Of a stretch of DNA of 64,000 nt, positions 41,991 to 55,035 are shown one piece after another (the stretch's first letter is position 1; each line of letters begins with the position of its first letter). Origin of the DNA: Tubiluchus corallicola (Eukaryota > Animalia > Priapulida). A program made the translations under genes and the position numbers. The stretch covers positions 124,001 to 188,000 of the forward strand of contig JAQGDQ010000395.1 in the NCBI GenBank assembly GCA_030141605.1, in the 5' to 3' direction. The notes under the pieces were generated by a model. That model was not told the DNA's origin. It ran no database searches and saw only the letters and a list, made by a program, of their open reading frames with translations.

Positions 41991-43148
41991 AGGTACGATT
42001 CCGTGTGTACGTAATGCGTGATGCGTAATGCGTATATAACAGTTTGTGTTTAAACATGTAGAAGTGTTCAAATGTGTACTTAATGCGTTATCCATAATGC
42101 GTAATGCGTATACGACAGTTTGTATTTAAACATGTAAAATGTTTCCATGTGTACTTAAAGCGAAATGCGTGATCCGTTATGCGTATACAACAGTTTGTAT
42201 TTAAACATGTAGAAGTGTTCCCATGTGGTCTTAATGCGTAATCCATAATGCCTGATGCGTAATCCGTAATGCGTATGCAACAGTTTGTATTTAAACATAT
42301 AGAAGTGTTTCCATGTGTACTTAATGCGTAATACGTAATGCGTGATGCGTGATCCGTTATGCGTATACAACAGTTTGTATTTAAACATATAGAAGTGTTT
42401 CCATGTGTACTTAATGCGTAATCTGTAATGCGTGATGCGTAATGCGTAAATAACAGTTTGTATTTAAACATGTAGTATTGTTTCAATGTGTACTTAATGC
42501 GTAATGCGTAAAACGTAATGCGTGATGCGTAATTCGTAATGCGTATACAACAGTTTGTATTTAAACATGTAGAAGTGTTTCCATGTGTACTTAAAGCGTA
42601 ATCCGTAATGCGTGATGCGCGATCCGTATTCATTCGAGCGTGATCGCTGTCGTACGAATACGCATTACGCAACAATACACAGACGGGAAACCGCCGTTAC
42701 CTAGGTGATTGTAGCGAGGTTTCAAGTTTCCGGTGACAATTTTCACTGTTTAATCGTCTGAAAATTCTGGTTAGGCGAGTTTTGGTCACTTTAGGATGTA
42801 CAAACAATAATATTTTTTTCTATTTGAGTTTGTGAGAGGCTAAAGAAGCATGTAGTTATGTGTTGTGCATCTGACTGCAGTTCTTATACTAAATGATGAT
42901 ACCTGCCATATTGTTCTCTCCCCTGCAAAATGTTGCGCACCCAAAACCTCAGTCTAGTAGTACAATAATAAGCTAATGCCGCTTGAATTTCGACAGAAAC
43001 GTGGTTTCCAAAAACTATCGCTTGCAATTTTCACGAATAGCAACCAAAAATGGCGGAATGAGCATTTATACGTATAGCATTTACAGACACATGGAAACAG
43101 TCAATACGCATCACGCATTACGCATTATGTGCACAGAGAGTCGTAGCT
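41991..43148. mobile_element. Non-autonomous PIF/Harbinger-like element (TTA TSD, ~45-bp imperfect TIR) carrying an internal tandem array
   Basis: TTA|AGGTACGATTCCGTGTGTACGTAATGCGTGATGCGTAATGCGTAT ... ATACGCATCACGCATTACGCATTATGTGCACAGAGAGTCGTAGCT|TTA. Confidence 0.75.
42010..42628. repeat. Tandem array x7, period 75-97 bp (constant core + n x 7-bp ATGCGTR)
   Basis: ACAGTTTGT anchors at 42039, 42115, 42190, 42280, 42370, 42453 and 42550. Confidence 0.92.
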
Positions 43149-43164
43149 TTAGGTCTTCGCTGTT

Positions 43165-43634
43165 TAAGCGGGCACTAGCACCTGCATTTCGGAAACGCAT
43201 TGCACAAAAACAGGTGCTGTACCTCTCAGTTCATATGTGTTAGTTTGTGACGAACTACACGCGTTCGACAGGTCTCGCGTGAGCACAGCGGCAATCGAAA
43301 TTTGTATTTATATCTTAAACTTGCCTAGTTTTAATACAACACACTGAATCTCTTACAGTAGCACTGTACTTTAATTTTCGCTTTTGCAAACCCGTGCAAC
43401 ACGCTCGTGGTATGTTTTTGCCAGTTAGACGGACATTTCAGAAACGCATTGCACAAAAAACAGGTGCTGAACCTCTCAGTTCATATGTGTTAGTTTTCAA
43501 TGTCGTGAATAGTTAATTAAGCTTTTAATCTATTAATTATCAGAAATGCTTTTGCAGTATTAATCGTGTTAAAATGTATACTTTTTATCGAACTTGAAAA
43601 TAGGGTAGTGTATGAAAAATCATCCTGTCTTCCT
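43165..43634 (-). mobile_element. Kolobok/T2-like MITE family B, partial copy
   Basis: Ends AATCATCCTGTCTTCCT|TTAA; contains an internal ~60-bp duplication. Confidence 0.78.
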
Positions 43635-44896
43635 TTAAGAGAAGGAACCAATTTCAGACGTTGCACTAGTAACACCATTCAAATACACCAATAATTAAGT
43701 GATTAATCCCGAAAATTAAAGATATTTTTCCTGTCCAAATTGAACTTACTAATTACACAGCATACACGCATAATAATATCTTGTTAAAAAGAGAGTTTGC
43801 CATTTTCTTCTCTTAGTTTGGCTGAGTTGCCGACCGCCTCTATATTGCTGCCACGTTAATTGACAGTTGTCGAATACATATCATTGAGTAAAATAGATTA
43901 GAGTAATATTAGAAATCTAATCCATTTAAACTGACGCAAAGCATGATGAATTACAGTATTAACATTGACCATAGCAATAAGCGTGGCTTTTCACTGTCAA
44001 GACGCCATTAATTCCTCAACTGTTCCGTTAATCCACAATTCCAAAGTCTTGAACGTAATCCCTCTCCAGTGATCAACAATTAATTTGCTTTTTTAACTCC
44101 TGCAAGGCGAAATCCAGCACGCAAAAGCAGGGTCTACTCGAAACGGTGTTTGTGGCATGACCGGAGACTGGCTCGTCAAGAATAACTCTTTGCGATGAGC
44201 AGTAAATCTGTAGAGGGCTCAGCATTTGTGCACGATGTCCCTATATACAGTAAACAGCTAAGACAAATATGGCAAAATCATCCATAACAAGTATCGAACC
44301 CAGTCAGTCGGGCAAAACACGCTGCCGTATCAACTCGGCCATGAATCCCTACCTTGACTAGTTATGTCTAAACAATTAGAAGCGATCCATCTCTATTTCC
44401 CAATTTAGGCAAAGGTCACTGTTTGCTTAAGATTAAGGAAGGGTTTGCAATGAATCCTTCAGTTTTAACTGTTACTCGATGACTTCTAAAACACTGGGCT
44501 TCTAAAACACTGGGCTTCTGTTTTGCAACTGCTTCAGCAACGCAAGCACTTTAGCTTGAATGCTCAGATGAGGGCTAGCTTGAAAGTTATTACCGCAGGT
44601 GTCGATAATTAACGTCTAATGGCTTATTGCTTTTGTGAAGCTTAGGCGCACACTCTCACGGAAGAAATCGATTTTCAGCGGCACCATTACTTTCTTTCGA
44701 CTCTTTCGACTCTTTTTTTATAAGAATTTTTTTCCGTTCATTCACAACAACTGAATGAGTTAAGCATACTGTAGAAGTTGCAGTGTTAAAACACTTTGGG
44801 GGTGAAATTTGTTGAGGTTTTGAGGGACAGAATCCAATGATGCAGAGAAGTGTGGTCTACATTAAAGTGTTCACCAGGAAAGAAATGCGATCAGAA

Positions 44897-45261
<365 letters not shown>

Positions 45262-45956
45262 TTAAACGCGGGAACAATGTCAGCTAATCAACATTTTCAA
45301 AACAGGCACTGTGAATGCGACAGTATATCCCTACTATACATTAAAAGTTAAAATGAATCACCACACGCCTGTATGCTCTATTGTTTATACTCTGTAGTCT
45401 TGTCGTTCTCATTTTCGTACGCACTCCGTCACAAGTGAACATGTAGTTCTGGTTTTCAACTTACATTTTCCTTTACTTCTTAATGACAAATGTGATGTTT
45501 AAATAAGGCCACTAAACTCGTAGGTAAATGATTCTTCTTTTAGTACAAATTACCATATAGTGACCATACAGTCAACATAGCGCAATCTATCTATCTATCT
45601 TTCTTCCTATAATTTCCACTAACACATCCTTCTACCCTTCCTGTGTGATCTAACCTTTCTCCCAGTTCTTTTTTGTTCACTCATCCATTCTTTTTTTATC
45701 GGGTTCACATGACAGTGGGCTTATACAAGCCTTTGCTTCTCTAGCCCGACTGCAGTTCAATTATTCTTTTATGATAACGATAGTGTATGAAACATAACAA
45801 TTTAATACAGTAGATGTAATAATTTTGATGTCACTGTGTGCTTAATGTCATAATAGTGTACTGAATGTGATAATAATAATAAATAAAAAATAAAAATAAA
45901 AAAATTAATTTCATATGCGATCTATTGCTATTATTTTGTATATCAATAATTGTGTA

Positions 45957-46108
45957 TTTTTCCTTTAATTTTGATTTTAGATGTGTAATACTAAATCTAC
46001 CTACAGTCGTTTTTGCTCAACACATTTGCTTACTTGTTACTCACAACTGTTTGTTAATTATTTTTTCGCTAAATTTTTGCAGTTACTATTTTCTTCTTCC
46101 TTTTCGAT
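45957..46108. repeat. Dispersed repeat fragment, homolog at ~52755-52908
   Basis: Shared TAAATCTACCTRCAGTCG...TGTTTGTTAATTATT...AAATTTTTGCAGTTACTATTTTCTT. Confidence 0.7.
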
Positions 46109-46312
46109 GACGTAATCATGACGAAACTGGGAGACTTCATGAGTTTTTGTAAGCGCATCATGGCTTTCCGTAAAAGCGTGCTGCTAAAACTAGTTCAAAC
46201 TTCTGCAGCTGTTTCAGGCAAACATATTACAAAATTACCTTTCTATTTTTTATGTAAAAACCTAATACTTCTGGTAAAGATTGACAGTGCGCTGCTTTTC
46301 TTCAAGACGGCG

Positions 46313-46481
46313 TGACGTCATTGGAAGAAGAATGGGCATTGAAAATAGGAGCGCCCAAGCATGAAGTGATTTTACTAATTACACGAGGCGCTTATTGTAG
46401 TTTTATTACTAAATTCTTCTAACATTTTTTGCAAACATTAAAATGAACCTGACCTCCTAGAAGTGTTGACCTTTCCTTTAA
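46313..46481 (+). mobile_element. Right end of a further TTAA-flanked MITE family, homolog at ~61683-61855
   Basis: Shared TGACGTCATT...GCGCCCAAGCRTGAAGTGAT...TACACGAGGCGCTTAT...TTGACYTTTSCT|TTAA. Confidence 0.6.
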
Positions 46482-47415
46482 AACACACAATAGATTCGTG
46501 CCGGAAGGCAAGCACAAGGCCAAAAAATGAAAAATCAGCGGGATATGTCAGAAGAGGAAAAACAGACAATTACTGCATATGACGTATACGTGATGCTGAC
46601 ATTCGTAAAATGACATATTTCGTTTAGTTCATGTTGCAAAAATGAAACGTATTTTTCAAGCTTAGATCATCTACACAATTCTTATTAAGGCACTTCAAAG
46701 GGAGATGGAAAATGATATTGAAGCCGGTTCTTCCAGACTTGCAACTCTGACGTTTCTACACTTTATTGAGATTCTGGTTTCTTTAGCCTTTTTCATACTG
46801 AAACGACATTAGTGCTTATTTACTTTTGCTCTTTAATGCTGCGGCCCTAGATTTGGGCTTGCCAAGTGACAAAACATGGCACTCAAAATAAGTAGTCTAT
46901 CCTTAGTAACTTGGCATCTAACTTTAGTAATCTAGCCTAAAATTAATTATTATATGGGCAATGTCAGTTTGAAAATAGACAGTATGAATGGGGTGCTGTC
47001 CAAACTGAAGAGCATGCTCTATCCACTTGCCCCAAAAACTGAAAATCTTAGAAATGATTAATATTGTTGATGTATTTGAAAACGAACTCAGGTTTAAAAT
47101 TTGATATGACGTATTGAAGTTATTTTACCGATAGACTAATGCTATTATGAGTCCTTCGTTAAGCAAAAATTAATCATTCTTGGAGATTAGAAGATTAGAG
47201 ATTATTCACAGACTTATTATTTATAGTATATTCTTTTTTTATGACAGTAATACCTAGGCTTAGAATTTGTGTACTTAACTATATAGCACATTGCATTTAT
47301 TTTATCTTTGTTGCTCTTGATGTGTCATTTTGGTGACGTCTTTTTGAGCTATAGTTTTTTTTCTGGTTACCCAAACATTAGCGTTTTTGTCTCGAATTAT
47401 GTAGAATTATAGTCA

Positions 47416-47756
<341 letters not shown>

Positions 47757-48325
47757 CCATACGATATAGCTACCAGGAGTAATTTTAGTCTGAGATACTA
47801 ATTTTCACTATTGCACTTAGTCCTGTGGGCTGAACACGACTTAGCTAGCTGCTGAAAAGGTCATTTCATAGAAATAAAAAGGCGCTATGTAGCAGTTGCA
47901 TGTAAAAGATATGTGCTGTTATATACACACAACACAAGTTGCACACATTTTTTTATTTATAAACCAAAAATCATGAATTATTCCTTTAATTTTTTCATTA
48001 AAACCTTGTAAAATTCGCGTTAACACCGCAAATCTTTATGCGCAATTATTTGTTAATTCTGTCAGTGCGCGTGGTGCTAATAAATTCAAACGAAATTCAT
48101 CCTGCTAAATTTGATTGCTTTTCTACGAGGAAACACGCAGCACGACAGAATAATTCAATGAAATTGTCCCCGAAAACGGCAGTATTTATGATGTAAAGGC
48201 TCAGCGTAATTAAGATGTCAAACCTGTTTATTTTCATGTGCGCTTTACTTAAACAAGGGAAAGAAATTAAACTAAATTAAATTGCACGTCATTAGTAAGT
48301 GTGGAAAGAGGTTGGTATATCTGCT

Positions 48326-49053
48326 AACGTATTTAGCAGATATATCAACCTATTTATATCAACGTATTTAGCAGATACATCAACCTATTATATTAACGTA
48401 TTTAGCAGATATATCCACCTATTATATTAACGTATTTAGCAGATATATCAACCTATTTATATCAACGTATTTAGCAGATATATCAACCTATTTATACCAA
48501 CGTATTTAGCAGATATATCACCCTATTATATCAACGTATTTAGCAGATATATCAACCTATTTATATCAACGTATTTAGCAGATATATCAACCTATTTATA
48601 TCAACGTATTTAGCAGATATATCAACCTATTTATATCAACGTATTTAGCAGATATATCAACCTATTTATATCAACGTATTTAGCAGATATATCAACCTAT
48701 TTATATCAACGTATTTAGCAGATATATCAACCTATTATATTAACGTATTTAGCAGACATATCAACCTATTATATTAACGTATTTAGAGGATATATCAACC
48801 TATTTATATTAACGTATTTAGCAGCTACATCAACCTATTTATATCAACGTATTTAGCAGATATATCAACCTATTATATCAAAGTATTTATCAGATATATT
48901 AACCTATTTATATCAACGTATTTAGCAGAGATATCAACCAATTTATATTAACGTATTTAGCAGATACCTCAACCTATTTATATCAACGTATTTAGCAGAT
49001 ACATCAACCTATTTATATCAACGTATTTAGCAGATATATTAACCTATTTATAT
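48326..49053. repeat. 34/35-bp minisatellite x~21 (AACGTATTTAGCAGATATATCAACCTATTTATATC)
   Basis: Direct reading; preceded by an inverted half-unit at 48309-48327. Confidence 0.95.
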
Positions 49054-49470
49054 GAGTTAATATAGATGGAAGTAAGTTCAATCTTGTCTGTCGAGCAAAA
49101 AAATGTCGGAGCAGATTTATATATTAAAAAGTCAATTGACAGTAATGTCTCTACACACTAAATAGGTAACGAAATGAATTATGATTAAAATAGAAACATT
49201 ATGGCAACAATCAGATTGAGCAAAAGACCACAAATTTACATTGCATCTTCGTATTGCTTGTGACGATAGCAAAACTGGGTGGCTTCTGTTAAGGTGGGTG
49301 GTTGGTGACAGTTTTGCTGTAATCTCGAAATTTATCGTCCCCTTGAACACGAAAGAGAGCCTTTTCTCTGAATGCCAAGTGACTTGAATGGAGCAAAGAG
49401 TAGCTTAAAGAAGAAAAGATAATGTTCATTAACAAAAATATGCAGTATTAATCTTCACTGAATCTGACAA

Positions 49471-49550
49471 TTATGAATGTTGACGTAGCGTCAATGTTAT
49501 GAATGTTGACGTACCGTCAATGTTATGAATGTTGACATACAGTCAATGTT
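49471..49550. repeat. 26-bp tandem x3 with TTGACG-TAG-CGTCAA hairpin
   Basis: Units at 49471, 49497 and 49523. Confidence 0.85.
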
Positions 49551-50377
49551 CTAAAACAAACGCTGTTTTAGTTTGCTTTGTTTTGTTTTTAACTTAGGAG
49601 ATGCTGATCAAAATGACGAACGGTGTTTTTGTTTTAAACAGAAAGCCTGCTGTTGTTCAACTCAGTCTATCCCTTCATGCAGGTGGAATGATCATAGACC
49701 TTGATATCAAAATAACAAAAAACAAATTCCGTCTAATTTTTAAGTTTGAGATGTTCACGCTTGAGTAGAAGCAAAACCGCTCGTTAAATGAGAGCGTGAA
49801 CCATCAAATTCTAACTTGGGAAAAACAGCAAACTATATGAGTAATGGCGTCCATTTCGCGAGCAAACGATACGAGATAAAAATTCAATCTAGCAACTTTA
49901 TCAGCTGAAAAAAATGGCGATCGAAGAGATGACCAATGCCCTATGAGATAAATTGTTCATTTATTTGTTTTCAGAGCCACCTATGGGACACTTTCCTAAT
50001 CTCTTCGGAAACATTTTGCTTTGATATATAACGGGAAAATATCGACCAACGTGTCAACCCAAATTCTAAAATAATATTAAGAATTTCAGTTGATTCAGAT
50101 GAGACAAAGCTTTTCTGAGATATGTGCATCCACGTAACTTTGAGAGATAACGAGAAAATAATGAGAAAGAACGATTAGTGTCTCAGGAACGGATTTTCCA
50201 CATCAAAGAAATATCATTGCAGGGTGAATCGAACGGAAAGCAGCTTAATTAAGAATTTCCGGATGACTTTTGATATTAATTCTCACGGCTGAGACGAGAG
50301 TAGACAAAGAAAGAGCAAAAACAAAGAGAGGAATACAATCGAAAAGGCAAACAGAAGAAACCCGGGATTTATAACTG

Positions 50378-51000
50378 AATAAGACCTTTCACAGTTTCAG
50401 CGATTGATGATGATCGTGAAAGGTCAAAGGTTAAGCCTACCAGACAACGCATTTGTGAACACTTGACAGCGACTCGTAGCCCATGCTGTTGTAATAGTAA
50501 CAGTTTTATCAGCTACCTAGTACCTTACCTAGTTCATTTTTTCTTGTTCTCTAACAAAATCTTGCTACTAAATACTCTATGCACAGACTAAAACATAATT
50601 AAGTAAAGTCCACGTAAAACAACTGACGTTACCGAGCGGAAGAATCAGACAGCTTTGCTTTACCCACATGTCACAGTCAAAGTCAAAGATTAAGTATACC
50701 AGACAACGCATTTGTGTATACTTGACAACGCCTCGCAGCCTTAGCTGTTGTAATAGTGACAGTTTTAACAGCTACCTAGTACCTTACCTAGTTCATTTTT
50801 TCTTGTTACCAGGCAATATCCCGCTATTAAATCACTCTATGCACAAACTAATGCATAATTATGAACTGAGGCGGCAGACGGATTTGCTTTACACACATGT
50901 CACGTGACGGTCCTAGTTAAGACGCGTTGCTGTGGTACACTTAACCTTTGACCTACAGCAACTGCGCGTGCGCAAAGCGAAACTGCAAAAAATGCTTATT
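50378..51000. mobile_element. Non-autonomous TIR element with internal dimer, copy 2 (inverted relative to 26400-26992)
   Basis: AATAAGACCTTTCACAGTTTC ... GAAACTGCAAAAAATGCTTATT. Confidence 0.78.
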
Positions 51001-51790
51001 GAAGATTCGCTGCAGACAGACGGACAGCTAAATAACGGGACGAATGGACAGATGATAAAGGAAGAGAGAGATAGATGGATAAAGGGACGAATGCAGAGAA
51101 GAATAAAGGAAAGAATGGTGAGAATCGCCGCTCTAATGGTCTCGGGCAGCAGTCAGTAAAACAGCTAAAATCAAAACTCCTTCTAGCGGTCTTCAAGAAA
51201 CCCGAACGAAATTTAATCCCAGCTAAATCCAGCCGCAATTTAATGCACTCAGCGAAGCTGCATACAGCGCTGTCTTTCTACATTTAATTATGACGCAATA
51301 GAGTTAGAGCAAGAGAAGCCACAGACGTCCCTCTTGACGAGTTGCGAGCGAGGAACTCTTCCTGAAAAATTGCTCAACGCTTTCCCGTTTTAAACAGGAG
51401 ACAAACATGCATTAGCTGGAAACTCGTCCGCCTAATTAAAATCCGTTTTCACACTGAAGATTGCTCGCGTTTTGCGTAATGACGTTTTATTAAGTTTCGC
51501 GCCGCGTACATTTATATTATTATATTCAATCACGAATTACGTCTGCTCGCATGAGTAAAAGGCGTATTATGTGAAAGCAAACACGGCAACCGATTACGGA
51601 TTAATTAATTTACTTCAAAATAATAATTAACAGCAGGAGTATGCTTCCGCCACTCGGGTTGTTATATGCGGACGGACGGGTAGAGGTATTTATTTTTCAC
51701 CCTCGTACTTAGCATAGATTTCACTTCCTGAACAGAAACAGCAGAAAATAAATGATTTTGCACAAATATGATAAGTACGTCACAGAATAT

Positions 51791-52150
51791 TGTTACGGAG
51801 GCACCTGTGTCGGGTCAGGTGTAGGGCCCTCTACACGCCCTGCTTTACACGCCCTGCTTCCACGTCAGCAGCGACTCACCCCTTTCTTGTAGGTCCAGAC
51901 GTTTTGTTTGGGCCTACACGTGGTGTGAGAAGCCAGCTGACCTGGAATGCCAGTATAAAAGCGTGTAGAGGTCACTACAGCCTTGATTTCTGACACAGGT
52001 GCTCCTCGGGTGTAGTGCTGTTACTGAGTTAGTTATTTTTTTGTGCACGTGTATTTTGGTTCCTAATTTTTATTAGTGCTGTTAATAAACTCCGTACAGT
52101 GTAGTTTTTGTGTATTTTATTTTATGAGAGTTAAATGACATGCTATAACA
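51791..52150 (+). mobile_element. Putative solo LTR (Gypsy-like)
   Basis: TGTTAC...TATAACA termini, TATAAAA at ~51954, AATAAA at ~52084; no matching TSD. Confidence 0.55.
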
Positions 52151-52274
52151 GGTTTATGCTATTAGTTTACAGACATTAACTTAGTTAATTAGCATAACAT
52201 TTGTAATTAACATTAACATTTGTAGTTAAGTAATCAGTTACGCAACGACAGTAAAATGGATCTTCATGATGCGC

Positions 52275-52443
52275 AATATCAAGACCACCATGCCATCTTG
52301 GAGTTCGACCCCCTGAGTCGAATTCAGTCGAATATCAAGACCGCCATGCCATCTTGGAGTTCGACCCCCCTGAGTCGAATTCAGTCCAATATCAAGACCA
52401 CCATGCCATCTTGGAGTTCGACCCCCTGAGTCGAATTCAGTCC
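52275..52443. repeat. 56/57-bp tandem x3 with GAGTTCGAC...GTCGAATTC hairpin
   Basis: Units at 52275, 52331 and 52388. Confidence 0.92.
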
Positions 52444-54612
52444 AAAATTATACGATCTACTCATTTACGCATTTAAAATTGCGATCCACCTGCAGCTACA
52501 GCGACCATCTTGTAAGAATAATTCATTAGTTTTATCTTCATTATAGCGTAATGTAAAATTTATTTACATAGCCCACTACTCCATTTAAAATCTCAGCACG
52601 CTGAACAATGAAACGCCTTTAAAATTGATGAGAAACATAAAGTTTAAAAGACATTAAAAATTGAAAACAATTCAACACAAAAAGCACAATTTAAACAAAT
52701 GTGTCTTAAGATATTGTTTAACACAATCTAATGAATTTTTAGAACGTATAGCAATTTTCCCTTCAGTTTTCATTTTAAATGCGTAATAGTAAATCTACCT
52801 GCAGTCGATTTTCTCAACTGCTTACCTGTTAATCACTTCTGTTTGTTAATTATTATTATTTTATTTCGCCAAATTTTTGCAGTTACTATTTTCTTGTTGT
52901 TTTTCGATTTTTTTGTACTTTATAAAATAAATTTAATTCAGGTTTATCGCACCACATCAAAGCCGTTTTTGTTAATATCGGTTTGGGTGCATCCACAAAT
53001 GCTAAGACTCAGCCACAACAGTATATAGTTATCACCTGCTGAACCAAGTATATAAGACGAATCCGTTCAATATGACGTAAGTTTTTCTCTGTTGCCCCCC
53101 TCTTGTTAAAGCCTCCATGCAACGGGTACAGTTATCAAAGCAAAATTTAATATCGATCACTCCTCTCAAACAATGCCTCCTAATTAATATTTCAAACGCA
53201 AACTCTTGTCGTGATTATTCTGTTAAACTAATTATGAAGCGACTTATTAATGCTCGTGTCATCATTAGCAGTCGTTATTTTATGCAACAAGTTGGGAAGA
53301 CTTCACTGGGAGGGAGAAGCCAAGATTAATGACGTGTCGATTACTCGTTAACGAACCGGTCGAATTCGATCATTGACGATAAAGGAAACAATACTTATTT
53401 AACCTACAACGTAACATTTTCCACAATAGAGATAAAGAGCCTTTCATCTTACGTCGTGAGTTTTTTAATCGCATTTTTCATATTAATTTTGGCTTTCAAT
53501 TTTTCGGAATAAGTCATCTTGTTTTTTTTCGATAAAAATAATTTAGATTTGTCCCAGATTCGTTCGCCTAATCATTTTCCTTTTACATCTTACCTCATTT
53601 CATATTCTCTGGTTTAATTATACGTTTATACGTTTAAACTAGACATTTATTGTATTCTTTGTATCCATGCTGCTTATTTTGCACACAACCTTAAAAACTT
53701 CTGGTTAGTCTGTACCTTTACCAATAGATGAACTTGTATTACCTTGTATCTGTGAACATTTCACTAGGTGAGAAGTAGATGTTCCACTGAGAGAAATTAT
53801 TTTTTCTGCTTTGTAATATTAATCTAGTTTTTAATTATATTAGTTCCAACATCGTTTGTTTAGTCACACTGTTATAATTTAATTTTTTATTTGAATTTGC
53901 AGAGAATGAATTAACTTATTTTGAAGACCTGTGATATTTGTTAAATGTAAATTTATTTTACCACAGGTTTTGTTTATTCTTGTTCAGTTTCGACAGGTTA
54001 TTGTTGTTTATTGTTTGAACGTTGGGGCATGTTATTGTCATTTATTTGTTCCTGTTTCTCTTTACATTTCTGCTATATTACAGTGCCGTTCACGTTACAA
54101 TTCAGATTTGCGTGGAACGAAGAAGAAACGAAAATAAATCCATTAATAAATTTATTTCTTTTACATAGGCAACGTGCCTCAGTTCTGTGTTCTCCCACGT
54201 TGCTTTCTTCAATCGATTTTTACGACCAAAGGACACCAGTTCAAATCTCACAGCAAACGTTTTTTACAGACATTATAATTGCAGCAACTCTCCCACACAT
54301 GTTGCGGCGTTCGACGCCACGGAATTCGAATCCAAAATTTAACGCTGACCACTCGACTACCGAGTCCATTACTTAACGCTGCCAAATTAACCCACGCTGA
54401 TCAGTTTCACGTGAAACTAACATGAACCAAATTGATTGCTGCCCACTGAGCAGGTCAATCATTCAATGATGTGATAGATGAGAATGCATACAAGCAATAC
54501 ACTAATACTATCTATTGTGTAAAATTAAAATCTGCTAACTAATTTAGCTAGATTTCTTACTTTCACTAGATAGTTTAGTGAAATCGTATCAAGCCAAAGG
54601 TTGATTTTGCTG

Positions 54613-55035
54613 GGTATTGCGTGACCGGTTGACTTTTTGGTATTGCATGACCAGTTGGCTTCTTGGTATTGCATGACCGGCTGACTTCTTGGTATTGCAT
54701 GACCGGCTGACTTCTTGGTATTGCATAACCAGCTGACTTCTTGGTATTGCATGACCGGCTGATTTCTTGGTATTGCGTGACCCGTTGTCTTGTTGGTATT
54801 GCATGACTGGCTGCTTCTTTGCATTGCATGACCAGTGACCAGTGGACTTCTTGGCATTGCATGACCAGTGGACTTCTTGGCATTGCGTGACCAGTGGACT
54901 TCTTGGCATTGCGTGACCAGCTGACTTCTTGATATTGCATGACTGGCTGACTTCTTTGCATTGCATGACCAGTTGACTTTTTGGTATTGCGTGACCAGTG
55001 GACTTCTTGGCATTGCGTGACCGGTGGGCTTCTTC
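54613..55035. repeat. 26-bp minisatellite x~16 (GGTATTGCATGACCGGCTGACTTCTT)
   Basis: Direct reading; diverged units. Confidence 0.93.
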
